Of a stretch of 64,000 nucleotides of DNA, positions 1 through 10,451 are shown piece by piece. Position numbers and translations under genes: made by a program. A model generated the notes under the pieces. It did no database searches. It was not told where the DNA came from and saw nothing but the letters and a program-made list of their open reading frames with translations. Each line of letters starts with the position of its first letter. Within the stretch, counting starts at the first letter, position 1. This DNA is from a virus. The DNA is taken from positions 9,208 to 73,207 of the IMG/VR virus record IMGVR_UViG_3300021964_000047, one strand, 5' to 3'.

Positions 1-1
1 A

Positions 2-577
2 TATCGCTTCTCCATTCTTGATTCAAACGAGGGTGGAGAAGGTATTTGGTATTGGGCCAAGTCGGTTACAAAGCCATCATTCGAGATCTCAACAAACGAA
101 TATCAACTTATAAATCATAAATTTAAATATCCCGGCACTCTAACGTGGAATGATATAACAATATCGATTGTTGACACAGCAGATAAGACGCAATTGCTGC
201 TAAATAAAGTATTCAATTTCGGTTATATTTACCCTGACTACCAAAACATAACCGAGTACATAGATGGCATATCTAAATCGCAATCTTCTGCTTATTTTGA
301 TGAATTTTTGATTAATCAATTAGATGCTGCGGGCAATGCTCTTGAATCGTGGAGATTGCACGGAGCAATTTTAAAATCTGTAAATTTTGGAAGCCTTGAT
401 TATTCTTCTGAAGATTTGGTGACAATTGAATTAACAATAACATATGACTGGGCCCAAATAGAACAATTAACTGAACAGCCAATGGCTGCACCTGTAACTG
501 TTGATAATGTCCAAGGTGGACAAATGGTAACACAAGATGGTGCAAGCAATACTGTTGGACCCAACCCTGTAGCATAA
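2..577 (+). CDS. tail tube protein (T4 gp19-like), 5'-truncated by the window edge
   Basis: Frame is open from position 2 (YRFSIL..WYWAKSVTKPSFEI..KYPGTLTWNDITISIVD..LDAAGNALESWRLHGA..LDYSSEDLVTIELTITYDWA), a typical contractile-tail tube pattern; lies upstream of chaperone and tape measure genes. Confidence 0.85.
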   Translation, partial: YRFSILDSNEGGEGIWYWAKSVTKPSFEISTNEYQLINHKFKYPGTLTWNDITISIVDTADKTQLLLNKVFNFGYIYPDYQNITEYIDGISKSQSSAYFDEFLINQLDAAGNALESWRLHGAILKSVNFGSLDYSSEDLVTIELTITYDWAQIEQLTEQPMAAPVTVDNVQGGQMVTQDGASNTVGPNPVA

Positions 578-588
578 CGAGGTGAAAT

Positions 589-1431
589 TTGACTACAAGA
601 AATAATGAGGATAGAATCGGACCTCAAACAATCGATTCGGAGCCAACAGCGGCCCTAAATCCGCTTGAGTTTGTTGCTCCTACGGAATTGGTGGATATTC
701 CATCAAAAGGACAGTTATATCCTGCCGATCATCCGCTCCATGGCAAGGAAGAAGTCGAGATCAGATATATGACAGCTAAAGAAGAAGACATTCTTACATC
801 AAAGACACTTCTTAAGAAAGGTGTTGCAATTGATCGCTTCATTCAGAATATTATTGTTGATAAAAACATTAAAGTTGAAGACCTTTTGGTTGGAGATAAG
901 AATGCCATTTTGATTGCTGCTCGTTCAACAGGCTATGGAAGCGATTATGAGACTCAAGTTGTGTGTCCTAGTTGCGGAACCAAATCTCATGAGTCATTTG
1001 ATCTTGCAAATCCTCAAATAAATGAATCCAAAGTGGATGAATCCCTAGGAATTCGAAAAACCGAGAACAATAATTTTGTAATTACCATGCCATTTAGCAA
1101 ATTTGAAGTCGAAGTTCGCATTTTGACAGGAAAAGACGAGAAACACATCACAAAACTCGCAGAATCTCGCAAGAAAGGCATGATGCAAGAGACCGGTATG
1201 ACCGATCAATACAAAATGATGATTGTTTCGGTCCATGGCAACTCACAAAGAAATGTTATTAATCATTATGTTGATAATATGCCTTTAAAGGACGCAAGAT
1301 TTTTAAGAAATGCTTACAAAATGGTTAATCCTGATGTCAAAGTTATGAAGCATTTTGAATGTTCTAATTGTGGCTTTGATCAGGAAATGGAGGTGCCCTT
1401 TGGGGCCGACTTTCTTTGGCCTGACCGATAA
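589..1431 (+). CDS. baseplate hub / tail assembly chaperone (T4 gp26-like), Zn-binding
   Basis: IPSKG..Y, MTAKEEDIL, DLLVGDKNAILIAAR..GYG motifs; two CxxC pairs; lies between tube and tape measure genes; TTG start with GAGGTG SD. Confidence 0.7.
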   Translation: MTTRNNEDRIGPQTIDSEPTAALNPLEFVAPTELVDIPSKGQLYPADHPLHGKEEVEIRYMTAKEEDILTSKTLLKKGVAIDRFIQNIIVDKNIKVEDLLVGDKNAILIAARSTGYGSDYETQVVCPSCGTKSHESFDLANPQINESKVDESLGIRKTENNNFVITMPFSKFEVEVRILTGKDEKHITKLAESRKKGMMQETGMTDQYKMMIVSVHGNSQRNVINHYVDNMPLKDARFLRNAYKMVNPDVKVMKHFECSNCGFDQEMEVPFGADFLWPDR

Positions 1432-1603
1432 ATACTCGGAAGCAGTATACGAACAATTCTTTTTGCTTAAGCATTTTGGCGGATGGTCTCTTATTGAGGC
1501 TTATAACCTTCCCGTGGGTCTTCGAAATTGGTTTGTGAAGCGTTTGCAGAAACAATTCGAGGACGAAAAGAAAGAAATGGAAAAAGCACGGAAGAAATCA
1601 TAA
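1412..1603 (+). CDS. tail chaperone C-terminal extension (G-T type / gp51-like), probably expressed by +1 frameshift
   Basis: +1 frame overlapping the end of the upstream gene, no convincing start/SD; YEQFFLLKHFGGWSLIEAYNLPVGLRNWF resembles chaperone T segments. Confidence 0.6.
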   Translation, partial: FFGLTDKYSEAVYEQFFLLKHFGGWSLIEAYNLPVGLRNWFVKRLQKQFEDEKKEMEKARKKS

Positions 1604-1605
1604 TA

Positions 1606-1628
1606 ATGCCCGCAAGGGCATTTTTTTT
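1606..1628 (+). terminator. intrinsic terminator
   Basis: ATGCCC-GCAA-GGGCAT followed by a T-run. Confidence 0.8.
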
Positions 1629-1661
1629 ATAAAACTAATTATTGTATTGGAGAGCGTTGTC

Positions 1662-2009
1662 ATGAAGATTGATTTAACAAGAGACCCTAAACTCTTAACC
1701 GAGTCTTGGATAAGAGCTTTTGGCGAATGGAGCAAAACTTTACTTAAATATATCTATGGTAAAGATGTTAATATGGTTGCGAATCTTAATGAAGAAGAAC
1801 AATCATTAAAATTTATCATTCGAGGCGAACAAAAGGACATAAAAGCTTATGCTACCGCTCTTTTTGCTGAAAAAGACTATCTCGAGGCTTATGCACAATT
1901 TGGCAAAGACCATCCAATGACCAATAAACAGCGTATTGTATTAAATCAAGCCGTTGGTGATTTTGAAAATAAAACCGGCATAACATGGCCTTTTAAAGAC
2001 GAGGATTAA
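1662..2009 (+). CDS. hypothetical virion-module protein
   Basis: ORF with GGAG SD, preceded by ACTAATTA; contains LLTE/LNEE motifs. Confidence 0.6.
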   Translation: MKIDLTRDPKLLTESWIRAFGEWSKTLLKYIYGKDVNMVANLNEEEQSLKFIIRGEQKDIKAYATALFAEKDYLEAYAQFGKDHPMTNKQRIVLNQAVGDFENKTGITWPFKDED

Positions 2010-2012
2010 TAA

Positions 2013-4508
2013 GTGGCTGATCCATTTCCAATAAAAAATATTGATGATCTTGCGCAAGCACTTGGAAAACTATCAAGAGAGCAGCGTAAAGCCGCCGGAT
2101 TAGATACGGTATCTGTTGTTGACTCAAAGGATACAGCAGAATTAGAGAAACAACTTGCTTTAAAAAGAGAAGAGTTGATGCTCGAGAAGCAGCTCGCAGA
2201 TGCTGTACAAGATGGCACAAAAGCAAGAGTTGCCCAAAAAGAATTAATGTATGAAGAACTTAAAGTACTTCAAAAAGCGTATGAATTAAATAAAGACGAA
2301 ATAGCAAATAACGAAGAAGCGCTAGCTCAATTCCAGCAAAGATTAGATATTATCAAACAAACTTATGGTGTTGAAGCACTAACATTAGAAGAGTTACCAG
2401 ATAAAATAGCAAAAACCAAAAAAGAATTAGATGAAGCTACTAAATTTAGCAACAAATATGAAAACTCAATCGATAGACTTGCTAGTAAAATGGTTATTGC
2501 CGGTAAAGGACCTATAGTCCAGTTTGCGTTAAAAACACGAGAACTTGGAAAAGAATTAGAAACAAGCGCAGAAGCTCAAATACAATTTCGACAAGCCATT
2601 CTTGATGCGTTCAATTTTACAAATCTTTTTGGTAATTTATTGAATGTTGTGGCCGAATCAACCATGACTCTTGTTAAAGGATTGGACGCCGCCTCAACAT
2701 CACTCGCAGCTGCGACAGGTTTTGGAAATCAATTCAATCAAACAATGCGTGATGCACAACAGCAAGGCAATTATCTTGGTGTTACAATGGATGGCGCCGT
2801 TAAAGCGATTCAAGGCTTATCTGCTAACTTTACAAATTTCGTTAATATTTCAGGAGAGTCCCGCAGTGCACTTGTTGCTAATGTAGCCCAACTTGATAGA
2901 ATCGGTGTGTCCGCTGATACATCTGCTGGTCTTATTAACTTCTTTAACCAGAACTTGGGCATGACTGCCGAAGAAGGCGTCCGTGTCACAAAAGAATTAG
3001 CCATGATGGGCCGACAATTGGGCATGACCTCCGCTCAAATAACAAAAGATTTCCAAGCAGCACTGCCAACTCTTGCGGTTTATGGCGATCGCTCTCAAGA
3101 GGTCTTCAAAGGTCTTGCGTCGGCTGCTAAGGTTGCTGGTGTCGAAATGAGTAAACTTCTTGGCTTGGCAGGAAAATTTGATACATTTGCTTCAGCGGCA
3201 GAAACAACCGGTAAATTGAACGCAATTCTGGGAACTCAAATGTCTGCTGTTGATCTTCTTCGTCAATCTGAGGAAGGAAGAATCGAGACTCTTATTTCTA
3301 GTATGCAAGCACAAGGTCGATCGTTTAAGGATATGGATCGTTTCACACAGAAAGCAATAGCCGCTGCTGCTGGTATTGATGATCTTGCTGAAGCACAACG
3401 TATTTTTGGAATGGATATTGGCCAATATAAAGAATACCAAAACCAAATGAGCAGATCAGCAGATGTGCAAAGGAAATTCGAAGAAGCTGTTCAGAAAACT
3501 ATTCCAATTCAAGAAAAACTACAATTAATCGCAGCAGAATTTGCGGTTGCTGTCACTCCAATATTAGAGAGGGTCACAAATTTTTTAGATGGTGTCCTTA
3601 AATTTTATTCATCATTTGATCCCGGAACAAAAGATATTATCAATAGCACAATTGTGGCGATTGGGGCTTTAGTATTATCAATTAAAACATTTGGAGCTGT
3701 AATTGCAATTGGTAAAACTTTGTTTCAGCCGCTGGCTTTTATGGGCAAGATTCTTGGCATGTTTTCTTCAACAACTGTTGATGCGGCCGAAGAAATGCGC
3801 GAGGCATCAGAACATGTTCCAGAAACAATGGAAAATATTTCAGAAGGAATTGGATCAGGAATCGAAAGAATTGCTGATGCGGCAGCACATAATGCCAAGG
3901 GGCTTGGAATCTTGGTTCTTTCACTTATTGGTATTGCAGGCGCTGTTGCTTTGATGGGATACGCAATTAAGGGAACAGATTTCGGTGCTTTCGCTGGACT
4001 ATCTTTGTTGATCTTAACATTGGTTGGTGCGGCCGCAGCGGCTGGTGCATTGGCCTCATCTGGAGTTGGTGCGCTTGTGGTTGCGGCTGGTTTTGGATTG
4101 TTAGCTTTAGGTATTGCTGGTATTGGCGCAGCACTACATGCGTTCCCAGTTGATGTTTTAAGTCAAGTTTCTTCAATCATGTCTTCTCTCGTTAATCTAT
4201 CAATGGATAATGTAGCAGCCGTTGGAGCCGCATTTACTGCTCTTGCTGCTGGTTTACAAACTGTTTCAGATACTGCTAATCAGCTTGATGGAAAGAAAGT
4301 TAAGATCTCTTCTGTTATTGAGAATCTCGCTTTATTGAGTGTTGGAACTGCCAAAGATTCAATGACAGGAGCAAAAATATCAGCATCAGGCATCAATGTT
4401 GTTAATAACCTAAAGAATGCAATCAATTTTGACGGAATGGAAGTTAAGGTTTCAATCGGAGGCAAAGAATTTGAGAGTGCAATTCTCGAGGTAGTACAAA
4501 AAAATTAA
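2013..4508 (+). CDS. tape measure protein
   Basis: 831 aa, Ala-rich helical protein with coiled-coil N-terminus and hydrophobic Ala/Gly-rich C-terminal segments; follows the chaperone genes. Confidence 0.8.
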   Translation: MADPFPIKNIDDLAQALGKLSREQRKAAGLDTVSVVDSKDTAELEKQLALKREELMLEKQLADAVQDGTKARVAQKELMYEELKVLQKAYELNKDEIANNEEALAQFQQRLDIIKQTYGVEALTLEELPDKIAKTKKELDEATKFSNKYENSIDRLASKMVIAGKGPIVQFALKTRELGKELETSAEAQIQFRQAILDAFNFTNLFGNLLNVVAESTMTLVKGLDAASTSLAAATGFGNQFNQTMRDAQQQGNYLGVTMDGAVKAIQGLSANFTNFVNISGESRSALVANVAQLDRIGVSADTSAGLINFFNQNLGMTAEEGVRVTKELAMMGRQLGMTSAQITKDFQAALPTLAVYGDRSQEVFKGLASAAKVAGVEMSKLLGLAGKFDTFASAAETTGKLNAILGTQMSAVDLLRQSEEGRIETLISSMQAQGRSFKDMDRFTQKAIAAAAGIDDLAEAQRIFGMDIGQYKEYQNQMSRSADVQRKFEEAVQKTIPIQEKLQLIAAEFAVAVTPILERVTNFLDGVLKFYSSFDPGTKDIINSTIVAIGALVLSIKTFGAVIAIGKTLFQPLAFMGKILGMFSSTTVDAAEEMREASEHVPETMENISEGIGSGIERIADAAAHNAKGLGILVLSLIGIAGAVALMGYAIKGTDFGAFAGLSLLILTLVGAAAAAGALASSGVGALVVAAGFGLLALGIAGIGAALHAFPVDVLSQVSSIMSSLVNLSMDNVAAVGAAFTALAAGLQTVSDTANQLDGKKVKISSVIENLALLSVGTAKDSMTGAKISASGINVVNNLKNAINFDGMEVKVSIGGKEFESAILEVVQKN

Positions 4509-4520
4509 GGTAACACAAGA

Positions 4521-5249
4521 ATGATTCCAAATTATTATTTTAATTCCTCGGACAAATCTTCCGAATATGCAACCAAAACTGGTGCTTTACTTGAATTCAA
4601 AAGTATGATTTCTGGTGTGAATGTTATATTTAAAGCATTTTTAACAGATTTTTCACAAAACTTTGCTTCAACATGGAACTCAGAGAATGTATTCGGGCGG
4701 ATGGATCCAATCCCAACATTTGACAACACAAAAAGAACAATCTCGGTTGGTTGGGATATTCCGTCGTATGATATTACCGATGCAAAAAACAATCTTCACA
4801 AATGCTCTGTATTGGTTCAAATGCTGTATCCAAATTATTCTGCGACTCAAAATTACACACCTGAAGACGAAGACACAGGAGCTTTCTCTTCAACATTAGC
4901 CAATTCATTAACAAAGCCTCCTCTTTTAAAACTTAAATTTGCAAACTTAATCTCAACTTCTGCAATGGGAACAGATGATGGTCTTTTGGGCTGGGTTGAT
5001 GGTATTAATTGGCAGCCAAAATTAGATGAAGGAATGTTCGCACACAACGGCAAGTTCTATCCAAAAGTTATTTCTTTATCTTGCACATTCAATGTTCTTC
5101 ATCAAGAAAATCTTATTAAAGACAACAAATCACAATTACCCGGTTTTCCATTTAATTCCGATGCCTTACCTTTGGAAGCGGACAATGCTAATGATTTAGG
5201 TCTTATGCCATTAGCAAATCAAAATATTAAAACTACGATGGGAGACTAA
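4521..5249 (+). CDS. baseplate / tube-initiator-like protein
   Basis: FKAFLTDFSQNFASTWNSENVFGRMDPI and PPLLKLKFANL motifs typical of the gene after tape measure in contractile tails. Confidence 0.6.
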   Translation: MIPNYYFNSSDKSSEYATKTGALLEFKSMISGVNVIFKAFLTDFSQNFASTWNSENVFGRMDPIPTFDNTKRTISVGWDIPSYDITDAKNNLHKCSVLVQMLYPNYSATQNYTPEDEDTGAFSSTLANSLTKPPLLKLKFANLISTSAMGTDDGLLGWVDGINWQPKLDEGMFAHNGKFYPKVISLSCTFNVLHQENLIKDNKSQLPGFPFNSDALPLEADNANDLGLMPLANQNIKTTMGD

Positions 5250-5584
5250 TGATGTCCAGAAACTCAAACAGAAAGAAAGCAACCAATAATCATTCCCAAT
5301 ATGAAGAATTGTTCGAGAACAGAAATATAAAACAAATTCAACAATATCGAACAAAAAAATTAACTTATCCCTCAAAAGAACAAATTGATAATCTTGAATT
5401 AACAAAATATTATTGGCAAGCAAATGACAATTTCTATAAGGTCTCCGAGAAATTCTATGGTGATCCAAAATATTGGTATATTATAGCTCAATTTAACAAA
5501 ATCCCTTTCGAGGGAGATATCAAAGTCGGAGACACATTAATGATTCCTCGCCCATTGGCTAGGGTCGTACAGGTGATGAAGTAA
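5249..5584 (+). CDS. LysM-like baseplate wedge protein (gp53/tail X-like)
   Basis: YYWQANDNFYKVSEKFYGDPKYWYIIAQFNK..IKVGDTLMIP LysM-like signature. Confidence 0.75.
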   Translation: MMSRNSNRKKATNNHSQYEELFENRNIKQIQQYRTKKLTYPSKEQIDNLELTKYYWQANDNFYKVSEKFYGDPKYWYIIAQFNKIPFEGDIKVGDTLMIPRPLARVVQVMK

Positions 5585-8500
5585 TGGCTTTAACAGATTC
5601 ACAAAAAGAAGAAGTGCTTCGGGCAATTTATGAAGAGTCGGACATATCTGTAGAACTTGCAACATTAATTTTAGAAGACTCTACGTATAGATCTTATGTT
5701 GATAGTGTGGACGAAGATGACTACGATGCATTGGAAAACGGTTCTAGTAATTGGGCAGGGTTTTGGAATACAGTTCTGCCCAATTATCCGGCATTAAGTG
5801 TCTTTACAGCAAAATATGCAGCACAAATAGCAGATAAAATCAATGGCGGTGGCTCATTTCAAGTTAGTGAATTAGATTTAATAATACGCAATAAAGATGA
5901 TTTTAATAAAAATGCTTCTTGGGCGGCGCAAGCATATCGATATTATACGGATCAGTCTTCAAATTATATAGATGCTATTATCAGTGCTATTATCGATAAT
6001 CCTGATTCTATACCAGTCAATGAAATCCTTAAAAGCGGAGCCCAATTTGATATTGAAGGTTCTAAAAAACTGCGTGAGATTTTAGATACTTCTGGTATTG
6101 AAATAAAGGACCTTTATTTTGCTAGAGTGGCCCGAAATAATCTAGATTATATTTTAGATTCAGATAAAGATGGAAGATATGGAATAGGCTCCATAGAAAA
6201 AACTAGTTTTGAAACAGTTGCTGCTGCAAATACCGAGATCGCAGAATTAAATAATAAACAAATAACATTTACAAAAGACTTGGGCGGCGGCCAGCAATTC
6301 AATGTATCAAATATTAGAAACACTGCTCCTACAATTTTTGAGGCTGTTTATAAAAGATATGTTTTCGCAATTTTCAAGGACGGCACAAATCCTCTAGACG
6401 CATTCAATAATTTAACTCAAGTTTATGCTACAGACGCTGCTCCTTTAATTTTAAGAGATTTTGAAAACGATAGAAGGAAAGCATTGTGGGACAATCTTGT
6501 TGCTGCTAACGCTGATGGCAAAATAACACCACAAGAAGCTGCTGATGCTCTTAATTCTGCAAATGCTGATGCTTTATCGGATGCTAGTGCTGCTGGATTA
6601 TCTGGTCGTATTGATGAAACCGATGGACTCTCTGATGCAGATATCGAGAAAAGACAAAGATTTTTTCAACAATGTGTTCTTTTACTTCGCATGAATGACC
6701 TTAAGACGTATTATTCGAATGATTTGAATTCAGACAATACTTCTGGTTTTCATAGCCCTGCTCCTTATAATGATCGTTTTTATATGATAACAGACGGAAA
6801 AGATAATTCGACATTTGTCAATACTTTGATTGCGCCAAAAGGCGACACAATTAGAGATTTCATGAATATAACACCAGATATTCAAGCATTTTTAGTACCA
6901 AAAATAAGATTATTTAAAGTTTATGGAACCGGCGAGAGTTTAAATCAAGTAGAATTTGTTTTTCGTAATAATACATATGAAAACAATTACATGTCTAAAT
7001 TGTTCTCCGATAATTCTGCTGTCATTAGAGGCTCCGGCTATGGTATCAAAGAAGTATCAATAGGATTTGAAGGAACCTCACCAGCAACAGCAAAAAATGA
7101 TATAAAATTTGGTCTCAAGTTATATTTCCAAGATTTCCAAGATTTTGTGAAAACATTTAATACTGTTGATTCAAAGGGCGAAGCAGCAACAGCAAGATTT
7201 GTTGATTTGATTTTATTTGACCAAAAAGAAAATCCGCAAGTAACTGATAATCAATTGCGGCAACAATATGATCCTCAATATTACAGAATCAGGGCAGATA
7301 TAGGCTGGCAGGTCCCTGATTCAAATGATCAACAGTTTGTGTCAGTATGCAACAAAAGAGGTTTGAGCGCGGAAGCTATTAAAAATGCAATTGTTAAAAT
7401 GAATAAATCTTTTTATTTAACAATGGTCGAGCACAATTTAGATTTTGATAAAACAGGCGCAATCACGATTACCGCTGATTATAGAGCTTATATTGAATCT
7501 CAATTAAAATCAACAAGATTTGATGCACTTTCCGATCCTACTATTGTTGCTTCTAGAAAACAAAGACAAGAAAAACTAGCGGCCGCACAAAAAGCCTGTA
7601 CTCCGGGCGAAATAGCTCAACTAAAGTCAATTTATAATGGACAAGAAAAAGCCGAGATTGCAACAGTTCAAAAAAGAATTATCAACAAATTGTTTGAAAA
7701 AAATAAAATATTTAATATAACAGTTACAGACGACGGTGGCTTCAGGGAATCTGGTGTATTCTCAAAAATGCCAGAATACGAAGCCGCACAAGATCCAAAA
7801 ACATCCTCTGGAGATTCTGAGGATTTAATTCAATTTTTCTATCTTGGAGATTTGTTTTATATCATTCTTGATTCAATGTACGGTGAGTCCGGAGAACCTA
7901 AAATTGATAAAACAAAATTTATATTACCAAGTATTGAATTAGAGGCTTATCTTGGCGGCAATAGCGGGTATACCATAAATGTAGCAGAAATCCCTATTTC
8001 CATCAATTATTTTAAAGAATGGTATACACAGACAGTTGTCAAGCCACAAAGAAAATCATATGCTATTATGTATTTTATAAGAGATTTGCTAAACAACTTG
8101 GTTGTTGATGCTCTTATAGATACTTGTTTTAATAGAGATTATGTTAAATCTTTTAGGTTTGATACCACAACGGTTACGACAAATGGCGATGTACTGTCCA
8201 GCAAAGCAAATACAACAGATTATGTAATTAATATTGCAGATCCCGCTAATTCAAATTTGTTTCCTTTAACAGCAGAAAGCGCCACCGGTGAGCCAGTAGA
8301 CATAGCTGATTTAGTTTCTTATATTTTTATTATACCGGTTTATAATACAATAACCAACAAGGGTCTTGGAAATTATTACGAGGATATTAATAGAGGTGTT
8401 TATCATTTTGAAATCGGAGCAGACAGGGGTATATTGAATGAAGTTAAGTTCAGCAAAATAGACATGGAATATATTCGCGAAGCTCGATTTGAACAATCAA

Positions 8501-9180
8501 GAGGAGTTGACGATCTTTTGCAACTTGCGGCTGTTTATAAAGCATCTCTTAATTTATTTGGTAATACTTTATTTTATCCCGGAATGACTTTGTTTATTAA
8601 TCCTTTTGGCATTGGTGGGCTTGATTTTATTCCCTCCGATCCTAATTCTATAGCCAATAAACTTGGTCTTGGTGGATACCATCTCGTTACAAGAGTGAAT
8701 TCAATTATTTCAAACGGCTCTTTCAAAACTGATGTCGAAGCAATGTTTGTGTATCCGGGCGATGGAATAACCAGAGCTTTAGTTCAAGGAAATAATCAGC
8801 CAAAAGATAGCCCGAATGAGTCTGTCGAAAACACTTCTCAAACACAGAGCCAAGAAGATGCTTATTTCTGTGATACTTTGATTAGAAGAGAAGCCGATTA
8901 TTTGAAAGATATTACCAGATCAGCAGAATCTGATGAAAACAATGATATCGCAGCACCTACAGCAGAAGGAGTTACTGAGTCTTATAATCAAAAACAAGGT
9001 TCTCCTCAATCAATACCGCCACCAAACGCACCAGCTCAAAGTCAACAAACTACAAATACCGAACCGCAAGGTATTATTCTCGATTCAAATAATAGGCCGC
9101 AAACTTATTATAGTGTCGAGGTAAATAATAATGTTTTTTATTATTATGATCAAAATGGTAATTTAATTGTGAGTTATTAA
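5584..9180 (+). CDS. large baseplate hub-like structural protein
   Basis: 1198 aa; C-terminal GNTLFYPGM..GLGGYHLVTRVNS resembles late-control D / hub proteins; tail context. Confidence 0.55.
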   Translation: MALTDSQKEEVLRAIYEESDISVELATLILEDSTYRSYVDSVDEDDYDALENGSSNWAGFWNTVLPNYPALSVFTAKYAAQIADKINGGGSFQVSELDLIIRNKDDFNKNASWAAQAYRYYTDQSSNYIDAIISAIIDNPDSIPVNEILKSGAQFDIEGSKKLREILDTSGIEIKDLYFARVARNNLDYILDSDKDGRYGIGSIEKTSFETVAAANTEIAELNNKQITFTKDLGGGQQFNVSNIRNTAPTIFEAVYKRYVFAIFKDGTNPLDAFNNLTQVYATDAAPLILRDFENDRRKALWDNLVAANADGKITPQEAADALNSANADALSDASAAGLSGRIDETDGLSDADIEKRQRFFQQCVLLLRMNDLKTYYSNDLNSDNTSGFHSPAPYNDRFYMITDGKDNSTFVNTLIAPKGDTIRDFMNITPDIQAFLVPKIRLFKVYGTGESLNQVEFVFRNNTYENNYMSKLFSDNSAVIRGSGYGIKEVSIGFEGTSPATAKNDIKFGLKLYFQDFQDFVKTFNTVDSKGEAATARFVDLILFDQKENPQVTDNQLRQQYDPQYYRIRADIGWQVPDSNDQQFVSVCNKRGLSAEAIKNAIVKMNKSFYLTMVEHNLDFDKTGAITITADYRAYIESQLKSTRFDALSDPTIVASRKQRQEKLAAAQKACTPGEIAQLKSIYNGQEKAEIATVQKRIINKLFEKNKIFNITVTDDGGFRESGVFSKMPEYEAAQDPKTSSGDSEDLIQFFYLGDLFYIILDSMYGESGEPKIDKTKFILPSIELEAYLGGNSGYTINVAEIPISINYFKEWYTQTVVKPQRKSYAIMYFIRDLLNNLVVDALIDTCFNRDYVKSFRFDTTTVTTNGDVLSSKANTTDYVINIADPANSNLFPLTAESATGEPVDIADLVSYIFIIPVYNTITNKGLGNYYEDINRGVYHFEIGADRGILNEVKFSKIDMEYIREARFEQSRGVDDLLQLAAVYKASLNLFGNTLFYPGMTLFINPFGIGGLDFIPSDPNSIANKLGLGGYHLVTRVNSIISNGSFKTDVEAMFVYPGDGITRALVQGNNQPKDSPNESVENTSQTQSQEDAYFCDTLIRREADYLKDITRSAESDENNDIAAPTAEGVTESYNQKQGSPQSIPPPNAPAQSQQTTNTEPQGIILDSNNRPQTYYSVEVNNNVFYYYDQNGNLIVSY

Positions 9181-9182
9181 TT

Positions 9183-10439
9183 ATGGCTAGATTTAACGGA
9201 AAAAACGATACAAACCAAACCAAAAACCTCATGGCTCAGAGGAATAATTACAATTACGGAGCCTATGCAAGAGATGAGGATGGTCTTGATATAAAACCAA
9301 TAACAGATTTCAATTTCGCAGAACGAGCTTATTATGGACGTGTGGATTCTAGATTAAATCCAGTTTATCCGGATAATCAATTTATTAAATCGGTTCCTTA
9401 TGTTAGACAACCGGAAACCACTCCATTTTTAATGGATTTTGTTGCAGATATGTTTGGAACATTATCAGAAAAGTTTTTTAGATCTTGCAAACTAGGCCAA
9501 ATACCACAAAACGATCCTTATTTTACCGATCTTGTCGCTTATAATTCTTATGTTGATCCTGCTTTTGATTATAAAGAATATATTACAGCAATATTAGACA
9601 ATTTTAACAATGATTATCTATTTGGGGGCAATAGAGAAAAAGATGTTAAAACTGTAGAACAATATGTAATGCATTTAAAGAACTATAGCAAAGAATTAGG
9701 TGCAACTTTTCCCTTGACATTTTCTGGATTTATGTTAAGTAATCAAAGTAGCATTTTTAGTTCTGGTCTCGCAGTAACAATAGCAGACCTTCCAATGGAT
9801 GTTGACGAAACCAAGGATGATCTTTTTATTAGAAACAGGAGTTTTCCGCTATTTCTTAATTTTGCAAAAGAAACGGGCTTTTCTGTAAACAAGAATGTGC
9901 CATATATGTTGGTTGCTGATTTGGAATCACCAATAACCAAAAAGTACATGGCTAAATATCTTCTTGGTTCCACCGATAGTATTTTTGGAACAAGATATAA
10001 GCAAACTTACACCTCCGATTTTGATAAGCTTTTAGATAATATTATAACATCTTATAGGGTGTTTGTCAACAAAAAATCTTATATAAAAACTCTGAAACCT
10101 TGTAATGGTAAGACTATATCGGAGATATCTTATAAAGAAAATATTAATAATAATGTTATTAGTAGATTAATTAATAATAATATATTATTTATAGATTTAT
10201 ATATTAATATAAGAAATATAGAAGAAAATAATCCTTTAAATGAAAATGAATTAATGACATTTAGTAGAGATATGAAAACTTATTTACAAAGATATGATAG
10301 ATTAAAAGTAATGGAATTAATTAATGATAAGTTCACATCTGTCAGGAAGTTCAAGGACGGAGGGACATTTTCAAAAATAAATAAAAGAAATTTAAAAAAG
10401 GCCTTGACAAAAAAGATGGAGGATGTTACAATATATTAA
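9183..10439 (+). CDS. hypothetical protein (end of tail module)
   Basis: 418-aa ORF abutting the upstream gene. Confidence 0.6.
   Translation: MARFNGKNDTNQTKNLMAQRNNYNYGAYARDEDGLDIKPITDFNFAERAYYGRVDSRLNPVYPDNQFIKSVPYVRQPETTPFLMDFVADMFGTLSEKFFRSCKLGQIPQNDPYFTDLVAYNSYVDPAFDYKEYITAILDNFNNDYLFGGNREKDVKTVEQYVMHLKNYSKELGATFPLTFSGFMLSNQSSIFSSGLAVTIADLPMDVDETKDDLFIRNRSFPLFLNFAKETGFSVNKNVPYMLVADLESPITKKYMAKYLLGSTDSIFGTRYKQTYTSDFDKLLDNIITSYRVFVNKKSYIKTLKPCNGKTISEISYKENINNNVISRLINNNILFIDLYINIRNIEENNPLNENELMTFSRDMKTYLQRYDRLKVMELINDKFTSVRKFKDGGTFSKINKRNLKKALTKKMEDVTIY
10404..10432 (+). promoter_or_regulatory. sigma70-type promoter
   Basis: TTGACA-N17-TACAAT with extended -10 TG. Confidence 0.75.
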
Positions 10440-10451
10440 ATCGGAGGCAAG

